Source: Octopus vulgaris
Taxonomy: Eukaryota
Length of the DNA: 64,000 nt
Reading direction: 5' to 3'
Assembly (NCBI GenBank): GCA_951406725.2
Contig: OX597817.1
Location: forward strand, 123,442,001 to 123,506,000
The notes beneath the pieces were generated by a model that was not told where the DNA came from, made no database searches, and saw only the letters and a list, made by a program, of their open reading frames with translations. This document shows positions 40,437-54,330 of the stretch, in pieces. The position numbers were made by a program, and so were the translations under genes. Numbering within the stretch: the first letter of the stretch is position 1; each line of letters begins with the position of its first letter.

Positions 40437-41701
40437 ATGGGGTTCGACAAAATAATGGAAACAACTCGCATCATAGCATCATAATTTTGCAATATCTATA
40501 ATACCATCAAAACCTTGTTCGTTTTTATGTGTTTTTATTTATTATTAGTGTTGCTTAATATGCTTTGCTAAAATCGCTGGGGTTTTTTCGGATATCATTA
40601 GAAAAAGGTGATTAAAATTCATTAAAACTACAGATATATCGGACTTTCTAACAGGTCAAATTTTGTTGCCCGTATGCCAGGCGCTAGCATACAGAAAACA
40701 GCCGAAATGCTTGGTATATCAAGAAGTACTGTCTCGATAGTAATGACAGCCTTCGAGAAAGAGAAAGTAAACCTCCTCGTCGAAACAAAATTCCGGAAAA
40801 AAACCAAAACTTGCAGATAGAGACTCTTACACGAATAGTTAAAAAGGCTCACAAAAGTACAGCTTCCAAAATTACTGCAGAGTTCGATGACCACTTCGAG
40901 AACCCAGTTTCTACGAAATCTGTTCGCTGGGAGCTGAACAATGCCAGATTTCAAGGGGGTGGGCAGCAATTAGAAAACCACTACTTTCAAAAGCAAACGT
41001 TGTAAAGGGTTTAGAGTGGAGTAAAAACCTACAGGATTGGTCCCTAGAGCAGTGAAAAAATGTTATTGTCTCGGACGAGTCATCCTTTAACTTATTTCTG
41101 ACCACCAGCCGAGTATACGTATGGAGACAGCCAAAAGAAGCATTTGATCCAGACTGCCTTCTTCCAACTGTGAAACATGGAGGAGGATCTGTGAGGTGGA
41201 TCAAGGGGGTACTATATCTTGGAACTCCAATGGTCTCTCTTCATGGAAGAATTAATAGTCAAGACTATTTAAGCATTCTTTCTGATCAAATTCATCCTAT
41301 GTTTGTGGAACTGTTTCCGGAGGGAAACGCAATCTTTCAGGATGATAATGCACCAATTTACACTGCTAAAGTTGTTTCTGAATGGCACAAGGAACATTCT
41401 AGTGAGGTTGAACATCTTATCTGGCCACCACAGTCCCCAGATCTCAATATTATTGAACATTTATGGTGCATTTTAGAAAAACAAGTAGGGAGTCGATATC
41501 CCCCGCCACCATTACTACAACATCTGCAGACGGTTTTAGCTGGAGAATGGACAAAAATTATTTTGGAAATAATTAAAACTTTATACGAGTCCAAGCCTCG
41601 AAGAACTCAAGCAGTAATTACTGCCGAAGACGTTCCTACCCAATATTAAAATTAATTTCTTTGAAATTATAAAGTGATTCCATTATTTTGTTCGACTCCT
41701 G
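40437..41701 (+). mobile_element. Full-length Tc1-family transposon with DD36E spacing (Incomer-like)
   Basis: ~26-bp TIRs GGGGTTCGACAAAATAATGGAAAC / GATTCCATTATTTTGTTCGACTCCTG in TA-rich flanks; transposase remnants span the whole interval. Confidence 0.92.
40627..41649 (+). pseudogene. Tc1-like transposase, frameshifted
   Basis: HTH (ASIQKTAEMLGISRSTVS), VIVSDESSF, TVKHGGGSV, FQDDNAP...SPDLNIIEHLW, C-terminal PTQY; several frameshifts and stops. Confidence 0.9.
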
Positions 41702-41702
41702 C

Positions 41703-41733
<31 letters not shown>

Positions 41734-41739
41734 TGTATG

Positions 41740-41798
<59 letters not shown>

Positions 41799-41799
41799 T

Positions 41800-42110
41800 G
41801 TGGAGGCGCAATGGCCTAGTGGTTAGGGCAGCGGACTCGCGGTCGCAGGATCGCGGTTTCGATTCCCAGACCGGGCGTTGTGTGTGTTTATTGAGCAAAA
41901 ACACCTAAAAAGCTCCACGAGGCTCCGGCAGGGGGTGGTGATCCCTGCTGCACTCTTTCACCACTCCTTCTCCCACTCTTTATTCTGTTGGCCTGCTCGC
42001 TTAGCCAGCGGGGTGGCGTCATTCGAAGGATAAAAAAATGCGAACGCATTGTGACCAGCGATGTGTAACAACATCTGATGCTCTGGTCGGTCACGTGATC
42101 ACGTGATATA
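41800..42110 (+). mobile_element. tRNA-derived SINE family C
   Basis: A-box TGGCCTAGTGG, B-box GTTTCGATTCC, followed by a non-tRNA body and TCACGTGA tail repeat. Confidence 0.88.
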
Positions 42111-43340
42111 TGATGTACCACATGTCTCATGTCTCATAAGAAAAGTATATTAGCATTTCAGGAACATTCAATTTTTGATTTATTTATCGGCTACTTTGTG
42201 TAGACATAGGTTTGCATCAGAGTTATTGACTGAACTTATATATACATACACACACACATACATACATGCATACATACAATACATGTAGACATATATACAT
42301 ACATTTATACAAGTATGTATATATATATATATATACATATGTTTATATATATATAGATACATAAATATACGCCAGGCGTATACATCACTGTCTCCCGTGA
42401 CAATGTCAACACCAACGATTCATACCACTCATCAAACTTAGCAGCTTCGAAAGCATTTCATATAGAACTCCACTTCGCCAGCATTAGTACTTTACAATAC
42501 TATGATGTTATAAATTATGTCACTTTTGGCAAAGCATTTAAAAAGAGAGCAGGTGGTGGGAAAGACTGTATTTCTAATGACAACATCTTGTTCATTTTTA
42601 TGTCAGTTTTTGTCTCATTTGTCAATAGACTAGTATAGGAAAACATGAGAAAATTTACACTTAGGTCATGAATCATTTATCATTTCTATTGCTTGTACAG
42701 TCAAACATAAATAAATTATCAAGAAGCTACAAGGTAGTCTCTGTGTGGTTGCTCCACTTGTAAGAAGTAACAGCTAAATCGCTCTCAAATCATACATTAA
42801 CATTTATAGCGATGAAATACGTACTGAATAATATAGCCGTAAACATCAATTTAAACACAAAACAAAAGAATATTGGAACAGCCTACGTCTTGAATGTCTT
42901 CCGTTATGTGTCTGCTCACTCAAAGCTAAGTGTATAGCAATTATAGTTGAGTATAGGTGAGTATCATTTTCGTTTCACAGTTACGTGCTTCAGAATTCGA
43001 TACGACCAAGCAGCACTTTGGATACCTTCTACTATTGGGTAAACCAATAGATTCAAGTTTCGTAGAAGAAAAGTATACTAATGAGAGCCTATGTTAGTAT
43101 GTTTAGATATATACAAGGATATATGCGAATATATGTATAAATGTGTGTGTGTGTATTTATACGTGTGTATATATATATGCATACACACACATATATACAC
43201 ACACAAATATACAATTTCACCACCCACAAATTAGTACGCATTACTGATGTGCATTAAACTTCTTGCGACATTGGCATGCCAATCTAATGCCACTCAATTG
43301 TTGTGGAGACGTTGTCACCACTGTCAGGAATTTGAAAATA

Positions 43341-44330
<990 letters not shown>

Positions 44331-44443
44331 CTTAATAAACATTAAATTGACTTAGGAATTTATTTTTCATTAATATTGTTATATTTTATTCGATTATTTA
44401 TTGCTACGATATGTGTTCAGATACATACATTTATTTTATTTTT

Positions 44444-44567
44444 TAGCCCTGAAGAGTGGCTATATTTATAAATCGAATTAATTTTAAATCGAATTAATTT
44501 TAATAATATCAATTTCAATTTTATTATTTTCGATTTAAAGATATAGTCACGAAACGTGCATAGTCAA
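44444..44567 (+). ncRNA. Type-I hammerhead-like motif with ~95-nt stem II
   Basis: CTGAAGA (44449) GTGGCTATAT...ATATAGTCAC GAAAC GTGC ATA G; stem III is consistent with CpG-decayed ACGCGCGT; stem I is imperfect. Confidence 0.65.
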
Positions 44568-44952
44568 TTTAATGTTTATCTAATGTAGTAATTTTTAGAA
44601 TAATATTTATTATAATATATTAAAATTTTTTCTATATGATTTAATATAGACAATATCTTTTACTATCAATTGAATTACTTCATAGAGGTTATTTCTCTTA
44701 AATATATGTATATATTATATATTGTGAAATTTGATTTAGAATTGCTAAATTGAATTTTTCCTTGTAAGTTTGGAATTTTATATTCCCTACTATTAATAAT
44801 ATATATATGTAGCTGAAGGATTAAAATTAATCAAAGGACATACCTAGTATGTCCTTTGATATAATTATATAAAATAATATAATCATATAAAAAATGTCCA
44901 GCATTATGAACGTATCTTAAAGGATGTAAGGATATACGAAGGTATAAAAATA

Positions 44953-45004
<52 letters not shown>

Positions 45005-45110
45005 CCAGGGTTTTTAAATAAGTTTATCTGTTATAGAACCATTTATCACATTTTTGCCTTTAATTATTTGTTTATTGTTGAATGGATTTATCATGACTTT
45101 ATATATATAT

Positions 45111-45851
45111 AAGGTAAAATTAATTAATTAATTAATAATCAATGATTTTACGAAGTAGTCAGTACGTTAAAAAAACTTTTTAGGTGAATTATACAAAATA
45201 TTCAGAGGTCAGCTAAGTGCTTCGCTACGTCTATAAATAGACGCGGATGTCTTTTCAACTACCATAAAAATCTCCGAGACAAAAACACACTCTTTTATGT
45301 AGTTAAGAAGAAAAGTGATGAATCCAAACGACATCGGTTAACCACAGACGCGTTTCGAATTTAAAGTAACTTATAGTTACCTATTATTCTCCTCTGTGTG
45401 CTACTCCGAGTTATAAATTTGCGAGTGTTAGGATCAAATATGTACGCGATCAAGCGTCATCGCATAACTAATATTCAACCGCACTCTCAAAAATATTCAG
45501 CCGAATGTGATACATATTTCTCCTTTATACTCATGTGTGTGCTACGATCTATCTCGCAGAAAAACTGCAGTTTCGATCATGGAGTAAGTTATAATTTTAA
45601 TAATAACAAAGCGTAAAATTTAATTAGTTAATTAATTAATTAATAATTAATAATTTTACCAAGTAGTCAGTACGTTACAAAACCTTTTAGGTGAATTATA
45701 CAAAATATTCTAGAATTATATACATAATTATTATCAGGGGTCAGCTAAGTGCCTCGCCACGTACTGACTTAGAAATAGACGCTAATGTTTTTTCAAATAC
45801 TATAAAACATTTTACGTAGGCAAAAAGAAAACTGATGAATCCACACGCCTC
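45111..45851 (-). mobile_element. Partial-tandem (~500-bp period) hammerhead-containing repeat, retrozyme/PLE-like
   Basis: 45114-45330 is repeated at 45613-45848; a hammerhead motif lies between the copies. Confidence 0.75.
45343..45400 (-). ncRNA. Type-I hammerhead-like motif
   Basis: CACA-CAGAGGA-GAAT..GTAACT-ATA-AGTTAC..ATTC-GAAAC-GC-GTC-TGTG; all stems pair; single core deviation (U4 to A). Confidence 0.72.
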
Positions 45852-46094
45852 AACAAAAGTGAATGTGTTCTGCGCCATCTCCAAGAAGCGCCTTCATGAT
45901 CCATTTTTCTTTCAGTGAAATGTAACGCGCAATGTAACGTTCATGGAATCCACATACCTGTGAATTTCTCATTCAAATTTGGAGGATACATCTTATGGTG
46001 TTCAACGTTAAGCCTGTTTAGTTTCATTTGCATTGACTTTGTACTTTCTGCGATATTTACATCTCAAATTATATCAATTTTTTTAAACATCCTA

Positions 46095-46228
<134 letters not shown>

Positions 46229-46350
46229 ATTCGAGACAAAACCACTATTTTCAAAACCAAACAAAATTATATAATATTTTACTATAAAATTGGATTTAAC
46301 ACTAAATCTGATTTTTCCCTGTAATTTTGGATTAATTCCCTAATATTTAT

Positions 46351-46384
<34 letters not shown>

Positions 46385-46386
<2 letters not shown>

Positions 46387-47525
46387 TGCGTATATTCCTT
46401 ATGGATTCGCAACCTGAATCGCCGACTTTGACGTATATGGTATCAAAAGATTCGATAATCTTTCGGCTGCCAAATGAAGTATGTTTTTTGTACAACTCAT
46501 TTTTACTACAAAAATAACCTCGATAACGCTGTCGAGTCGCACAATTTTGTGGTCATTTTCGGGCAATATTTGGATTTGCTTCTAATCTAAGTTACCAATT
46601 TAAAGGTTTTCGGTGTCAAAAATGCAGCAATATATAAGGAGTGTTATGAGTGCATTTGTGATGTACGAACCCTATTTGTCAACGGAAAATGACCAAAAAC
46701 AGGCTTTTTGAAACAAATATTCGCACATTTTCCTCCAATAATACCCTTTGTGCCTCAATTCAATGGCCAATGCGGACGTCTTCAGTATTCCATGATTAAA
46801 CAATGTCTTTGAAGTATTGCAGTATCATTTCTTTGCACAAAACCCTTATTTTTCAGCAGAAAATTGACTAATGAATCGCATATCTGGCAGAATTATGATT
46901 GCTGCTAGAATTACTACCGAAAATAATTTGTTCATACAGATTTTCTTGGTGGCAAAAACAACTCAGGAAAGCCAAAGGAGCATTCTTAGGTATAAATTCA
47001 ATAAAATTTTCCCAAGGAGTAAGCACAGTAAGAGCCTATATTTGTTCACGTGTGGTAAAGACGTAAAGCAATGGCGAACCTTTCGAGTTTTTATTCCTTA
47101 TATTTTTCTCTTTATTCAACCCAATTTATGCAAAGTTGCTTATCGTTATTAGTATATATTCATGCCTATTTTTCATTCCATAAGCCGCTAAATTTGTAAG
47201 GATTTTGCAACTGTCTCCCTATATTTCACAGTGGCTGAGCGTGTACAATAACGCTGGTGGTGCGATGGAAAATATCTGTCTGACCTGATAACCTCAGGGA
47301 AGACAACAAAAACACCACGTATCTATGTGAGGGGAAATTAAAGTCACATACCCACAATATTCTGCCCACGGTGCGTGTCCATTCATTGGTCGGGATGCAC
47401 ACCGTGATCACTGATTGGTACAATTTCAAATCAATTTTTCCATGTGAGAAACATGTACTGTAACACCAGTTGATCATGGTGTTATTGTTATCAACGACCC
47501 GGGCAACTACGGGGTACATTGCTAG
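46385..47525 (+). mobile_element. Non-autonomous Helitron-like element (5' end uncertain)
   Basis: 3' end ACCCGGGCAACTACGGGGT hairpin followed by ACATTG-CTAG and a T, the canonical Helitron terminus; the 5' end is lost in (TA)n. Confidence 0.6.
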
Positions 47526-47614
47526 TATATATATATATAAAGGTATGTATGTATATGCATATATTTGTGTGTATGTATGTTTATAGATATAGAGATGTTC
47601 ACAGATGCATGAAT

Positions 47615-47663
<49 letters not shown>

Positions 47664-47840
47664 TACAGGAGTGGCTGTGTGGTAAGTACCTTGTTTACCA
47701 ACCACATGGTTCGGGGTTCAGTTCAAATACGTGGCCCCTTGGGTAAGTGTCTTGTACTATAGCCTCAAACTTATCTAAACGTTGTGAGTGTATTTGGTAG
47801 ACGGAAACTGAAAGAAGCCCGTCGTATATGTGCATATATA

Positions 47841-49409
47841 CAGTGGACGGAAATAAATATTCGTATATGTCAAAATTCTTTATTTATTTAATTTCTAATG
47901 AACATAAATGGGATATACCAATACTATATATGCATACACATGCATAAACTAAGAATATTCAAAAGAAACTAATAAATTATAGTAACTAATAAATTTATAT
48001 ACAATTATAAATATTTATGGGTGAAAAAAGTATTCGTAAAGAATAAAGTTATGATTTTCTATGCCACAAAATACTGTTAAAATATTTTTTTTACTAGAAC
48101 TTTCTCGTTTGTTCCAATAATCTTATCAGTTGTCATTTTTAAGTGTCAAAACACTAGCTTCTTCATTCAGCATTGAGACAACATGAAGTAGTATCGTAAT
48201 AATGGCGAAAAGTAAAGAACTCACAAATTCAGTGAAAAACTTATTTATTGAACAGTGGAAAGCATGTAAAAGTTACAGGAAAATATCAGAGACCCTTTGT
48301 ATTCCATTTTCTACCATATCTTCATTTATTCGAAGATATAAAAAATATCGGGAACTGTTAAAAACAGATTACGATCCGGTGCACCACACAAGATTTCCCC
48401 TAGATCTTTAATAAAAATGAAGCGAAGAATCGAAAAAAACGCAATGATCACCAGAAAGGAGTTGCAAGAAGATTTGTTACGAATAAGCAGTAATGAACTT
48501 CATAGGAATGAACTGAAATCACGCTCTCCTAGAAAAACTCCGCTGTTGACTAAAAGGCATAGAGATGCCCGTTTGAACTTTGTTTAAGAACATAAATATA
48601 AATCTGATACATTCTGGGAAAATGTTCTATGGATAGACAAGTCGAAAATTGAATTGTTTGGACGAAATTCGCGTAGCCATGTTCGGAGGAAAGATGGTAC
48701 CACCTTTTCGCCGAAAAAACACAATTCCTACCGAAAAGTTTGGAAGTGGCAACATCATGGTGTGGGGGTGTTTCTCTGCAAATGGTACTGGCAATTTACA
48801 TGTGATAGATGGTAGAATGAATGCAGAGATGTACAAAAGATATTTTGAACAATGATATATGGGACTCTGTAGAAAAGCTCCAGCTTAGTGAATGGTGGGT
48901 TTTACAACAGGATAACGGTCCTAAGCACACGGCGAAGTCTACCAAAGAATGGATTGTCGATCACAATATAAAATTATATGACTTGAACCCTATTGAAAGT
49001 TTGTGGTGTTATTTGAAAATTAAAATTCATTCAAGAGCCCCAACGTGCATTCCTGATTTGAAGAAAATTTTTCAAGAAGAATGGGAAAAAAATCCTAAAG
49101 AAACATGCGAGTCATTGATTAAGAACTACTAGAAGAGATTGGTTGAAGTGGAACTGAATAATGGTTATACTACGAAGTATTAAATCAGAATTATCAGTTA
49201 TTTATGTTCTGTACGAATACCTTTTTCACCCCTAAATATTTATAATTGAATATAAATTCTTTAGTTACTATAATTTATTAGTTTCTTCTGCATATTCTTA
49301 GTTTATGCATATGTATGCAAATATAGTATTGGTAAATACCATTTATGTTCATTAGAAATTAAATAAATAAAGAATTTTGACATGTACGAATATTCATTTC
49401 CCCCCACTG
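47841..49409 (+). mobile_element. Full-length IR/DR-type Tc1 transposon (1569 bp)
   Basis: TA|CAGTGG...CCACTG|TA; ~200-bp TIRs, each with outer and inner direct repeats (AAATAAATATTCGTA / AAAAAAGTATTCGTA). Confidence 0.95.
48202..49183 (+). pseudogene. Tc1 transposase, inactivated
   Basis: [60 protein letters not shown] with WPSQSP deleted, GYTTKY*; frameshifts and stops. Confidence 0.92.
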
Positions 49410-50116
49410 TATATATGTGTGTGTATGTGTTTGTGTTTCTGTGTTTGTCCCCCACCATCGCTTGGCAACCGATGCCGGTGTGTTTACGTCCCCGTAACTT
49501 AGCGGTTCGGCAAAAGTGACCGATAGAATGGGTTTTAGGCTTACAAAGAATACGTCCTGGGGTCGATTTGTTCAACTAAAGGCGGTGCTCCAGCATGACC
49601 GCAGTCAAATGACTGAAACAAATGAAAGAATATATATATATATAATGTATATATTTATATATATGTATAGATATATATATGTGTGCGTGTGTGTGTAGAG
49701 AGAGAGAGAGACAGAGAGAGAGAGATAATATACATAGTGAGAGAGAGAGAGAGAGAGAGACTGAGAGAAAGAGAGAGAAAGAGATTGAGAACGAGGGAAA
49801 AAGACTGACACATAGTCACATCGGGTGAGTCTATTACAGTTATCTACATTTTCGTTGCAGAAGTAATATTTACATTCTTTTCTTTTTTTAATCTTGCACA
49901 AGGTCCGATTCCATCTCCAGTTGCTTTTTATTTTATTTAGTTGAAAAATTCAAATGTACATTCCAGTGTTCTTTTGTTTATCCGAAAATAGAAAGAAATC
50001 TCCCGAAAATCTCATCTGAAAAAATCAAAAATAACTAATGATTTTTCTTTGCTTTTATATTCATTTTTTGCTTTTACCTTTTGCAATGGTTATTTTATGA
50101 TGATTTCCGTCTGCTA

Positions 50117-50158
<42 letters not shown>

Positions 50159-50184
50159 CGGCGGCGGGGTCGTTGATAGTGGTA

Positions 50185-50405
50185 GTTTCAAATTTTGCCA
50201 CAGGACCAACAGGGTTTTCTTGGTAGTAGAGATGGATAGTCAATTACATCAACCCCAGTACCCGATTGGTACTTATTTTATCGATCCTAAAAGGATGAAA
50301 GTCAAAGTCAACCTCGTCGGCATTTAAAGTCAAAATGAAAAGTCCGGAGAATCCCAGCTAAGCAATTTTGTCCGGCGTGTAAACGATTCCGCCATCTCAT
50401 CGATC

Positions 50406-50480
<75 letters not shown>

Positions 50481-51065
50481 AAGAAGAAGAAGAAGAAGAA
50501 GAAGAAGAAGAAGAAGAAGAGCCTTTCTACTAAAGGTTCAAAGCCTGAAATTTGGTGGGATAGGATAATTCAATTACATCAACCTCAGTGTTTCACTGTT
50601 ACTTAATTTATCGATCCAGAAAAGATGAAAGGAAAACTAGACTACGGCGGGAATTTGAACTCAGAACGTAGTGACTGGCGAAATACCACTAAGCATTTCG
50701 CTCGGCGTTCTAAGGATTCTGCCAGCTCGCCGCCCTACAACAACAACAATAATAATCCTCTCCATTGTAGGCAACAAGGCCTGAAAATCTGAGGGAGGGG
50801 ATAATCGATTACAACGACTCCAGTGCGTAACTAGTACTCATTTTATCGACCCCAAAAAGATGAAAGGCAAACTCAACCTCGGAGGAATTTGAACTCAGAA
50901 CGTAGCGGCAGACGAAACGCCGCTAAGCACTTTACCCGGCGTGCTAACGATTCTGCGAGCTTACCGCTTTACAACAATAACAACAATCGCAATAATAATA
51001 ATAATAATAATAATGGGTCAAATTTTGGCATAATACCAGCAATTTCAGTGGTAGGGAAATTGAAT
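50185..51065 (-). mobile_element. Head-to-tail cluster of SINE family A copies (3 full + 1 partial) separated by trinucleotide microsatellites
   Basis: Copies at ~50185-50400, 50521-50736, 50756-50969 and a partial at 51015-51065; spacers (AAT)n(AAG)n, (AAC)n(AAT)n. Confidence 0.88.
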
Positions 51066-51129
51066 TACAACAAGAGTTGCAATAACAGCCGCCGCAGCAG
51101 AAGTAACAACTACAACAACAACAATAACA

Positions 51130-54100
51130 CTTTATTGGTTACAAAGGGCCACAAAAACACATTTAGGACAATTGAAAAGCAAAGGACAATGAAAATTTAC
51201 TTATACATGAGTAAAAATAAAACCAATAACAATAAAACAAGAAAATTATAATAAATTTACCCAATTTATGTAGTATAATGCCACTTACGGTTAAGTAAAG
51301 GACTCACAACTCTTGGGTCGGACCGAACGCCAAGAGCACTAGTGGAAGGGGTTTCTCTCATATCTCTTCTATCCATCCTACAGGTACCAGCTTAAATTAG
51401 CCCCACTCACTCGGGCGACTCTCACCATATTCACCCACCTTTCAACAAATTTACTACTTCTTCTAACCGTCACCTTTTCAAATGGTATATAAAAAGTCAA
51501 TGAGAGCAAGGCCAAAGATCAAAGTGAGTCTCTTCAGTCGTCTCATTCTCGTTCACCACACAACCTATTTTATCAATAGAGACCAGTCAGAGAAAAACTA
51601 CCTTCCCGCTCAGCCAAAGGAAGGTAGTAGGTCGATTTTCATGATGGTATGTCCAGTTGACAATACGTTCTTCCTAGTAGAGCTTATCCCAAACCGGCAA
51701 TGACTCAATCCCTCTTCCGGTAGCACTACCAGACCGGAAATCTCTGAAAATTACCTATGAGTCCCGGCAGAAAAGCGCAGAAAATAACCAGCCATCTGTT
51801 TTTTTCATCTGCAAACAGTTTCACTGATGATGTCGTTGCTTTTACCTGCCACTAATAGTCTAGCGAACGCCATCTACCATATTGCCCTACAAATAGAAGA
51901 ATGTGAATGCTTGAAGGCAATCTGGGTGCCAAGACCTCCGCTTTGACTTATATATGATCCAGGATTGCAAATTTGTTTAAGAGACGAATTGCAGAAAGCG
52001 CATTTAAGCAATGGCGGCCACACTCAGTCATCGTGTAGGAAACGCTGAAAATACCCGTAGATTAAGCACATGTTCGGTCATCATAAACCGTGGCATATCA
52101 AATCCTTCACATAGCAAATAGATCGTTTGACCAGCAGAACACGTCTCCTCCACAGAAAGTTGAAGATATCGTTCTAGCCTTCTCCCAACCATGAACTAGA
52201 TCAAAGCACAACAGCTACGTGTTAATATATGTCGGAGGCGATGTAAGCATTCGCCACTTCTGCCCAGGGTTTCAGGCATAGCGCATAGCTTTCTCCCAAC
52301 CCATTTCTGTGTGGGATTGGCCAATATGCTTGTTACCACGTCCTATTTCTCTCCGCTTACAGGTCTAGATGAAACCAGAACCTGAGAAATTTAACCGATC
52401 TCTCCAGCGCTTCTTGTTGTTATTGGATGACATGGATCTGCATCCCCAGGTATTGCGCTGCAGGTCCCATTACTTTTCTTGGTTGGGTTTTGCTCAACAT
52501 TGCCTTGTAGTCCCTCAGAGCAGTGTCGATCACTACGATATGCCATGTCCCGACACATTGACAGTGACATCTTTCTTGTATGCCGACACGGATAATAAGT
52601 ATTCCATTTCATGTGGTAAGCCCCTCAACGTCTCCACTAGTGGATTTAGAGTCCGTACATACAGAAAGGAAGAGAGGATAAAATGCTGACCAAGAGCGTG
52701 CATGATACTGAATAGCGCTGTTAGGTTTCCATTCAGCTTAACCACAAAGCTTAAGCACGACTATACTTTATGGAAGAGGGGAACGAAATTGAACGCCGTG
52801 AGGACAGCTGCCAAGTATCAGCGTCCGATCCTATCGAAACCTTTGATTGACCAGGAACTCAGCCATGTCGGTTTCTTTACTCACCATCTCTATCTTGTAT
52901 TGCATGAAAAGTGGATTGTTGTGGATAAATCTGTTCGAAATAGTGCATGTTTGAACATTACCAGTTAGACTATCAACGAAACAACTGCTAACCTCTTTAC
53001 CAACACTTGGACTAAAATTTTGAAATCTTCATTGAACAGAGTTATGGACTGAAGATTATTAATGAGATTAGTGCTACCGCTTATCGACTAACAGAACATA
53101 GATTTCTTTCGCTATGCTAACAGGTGTGGTAGATAGCTTCCAAAATATCTCCAGACAATTCAGACATAAAAGTAAAGCACCCAGAGTAGATCCAAAACAG
53201 ATGAATTGTACCCCGTGCAGCCAATTAATTTTTTTTCGTTTTCCTGCAGCTTTTATCAGCTTCTCGCGACACCGCGCCTCTCTTGGCAACAGTCGCGATA
53301 GGCTGTGAAGGTAGTCTCTGAAATCCAGCCTGCATTTTGACCCAACACTCGTTCCGAACAGTCGAGCAAATTTCGGTTCTACACCACTCTCATCTGCTTT
53401 GAATCGAGTAATCTGCACCCATTATGATCCGCCAAAGACTGAGCTGTTGCTTTGTTACTGCCTTGAACGTCTGCATCTCGGGTCCATCACATGGCTTTCA
53501 AACCTTCCTGCCATAGAGCATACATCGCAGCTCTGACAATGCAATCTTCGTGATTTACGTTGAAAGATGAGTCGGGAGCCTATCTCGCCGCAAGCACGTA
53601 GGTTTCAATGTTTCTCCTAAGCATTTTACGATTCCTAAGTTTCCCTTTATTTTAGCTTTTTTTTTTGCTGCTGTCTTACTAAATCCAACTATTTGGAAGA
53701 TTGATCAAGTCAAGGATAGCCTCCATGCTTCTTAAACTATTTGGATTAATAATTCATCCCACTAGATCCCTATGCCTAACCAATTTTTCTTTCCTATTCC
53801 GTCAAGTTTCGGAATACTTGTATTATTTTCTATGCCATATATTACAGCTACCAGAAGCAAGGGGATAACTACTTTCTTTGGTAACTCAACTTTTATTTAT
53901 ACCACTCTCCGACGGGGTATTATGGAATTGGCAGCAGTTTATTATTCTTTAGTGTTGTCGAATTTTCTTTCATATCTTCAGCAGTTTGGAACTTCAATTG
54001 AACTGTGCTAAAATGTCTTCCTCGAGCAGTATAGGCTTCTTTATGCCCTTGAATGGTTTAAGGCACTTTTTAATCTGGTATATCTCACCTGCTCAAGTCA

Positions 54101-54330
54101 CCTCGTTTTGAGTGCAATACATTTGTATCTTATTATATTTGGTTAGGTTACCTCTTGAGTTTGTTGTGGTGTGTTAATGCATATTTCTCTACCCTTCTTA
54201 GAGAGATGCATATTTGCATTCTTTAGTTCTTTCTTTAAAAATTGCCTCTAGCTTTCTGCAAACATTTGAGAGACCGTTTCCATTTTGCAAGCCCCCCAAC
54301 ACAACACATCACCACCTACAGCAGTCTAGT
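51130..54330 (-). mobile_element. Decayed L1/Tx1-clade LINE
   Basis: Minus strand NNLQSITLFNEDFKILVQVLVKRLA (RPITLLNxDxKIL), GQSKVSIG (DQxKAFDRV), VKLNGNL...LYVRTLNPL..VSAYKKDVTV (RQGCPLSP..AYADD); AATAAA at the 3' end (51131). Confidence 0.8.

Larger units (their letters stand above)
47662..49630 (+). mobile_element. SINE family B split by a Tc1 insertion (halves 47662-47840 and 49410-49630)
   Basis: The two halves join into a contiguous family B SINE at its internal (TA)n. Confidence 0.9.

Noticed and set aside
41802-41878. tRNA gene
   Set aside because: A and B boxes are present, but there is no proper acceptor stem or terminator and it continues into a SINE body shared with 15005-15311.
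50185-51065. Hypothesis that SINE A is mobilised by the Dong element
   Set aside because: SINE sense strand is flanked by (TTA)n whereas Dong sense is flanked by (TAA)n, and I see no shared 3' tail.
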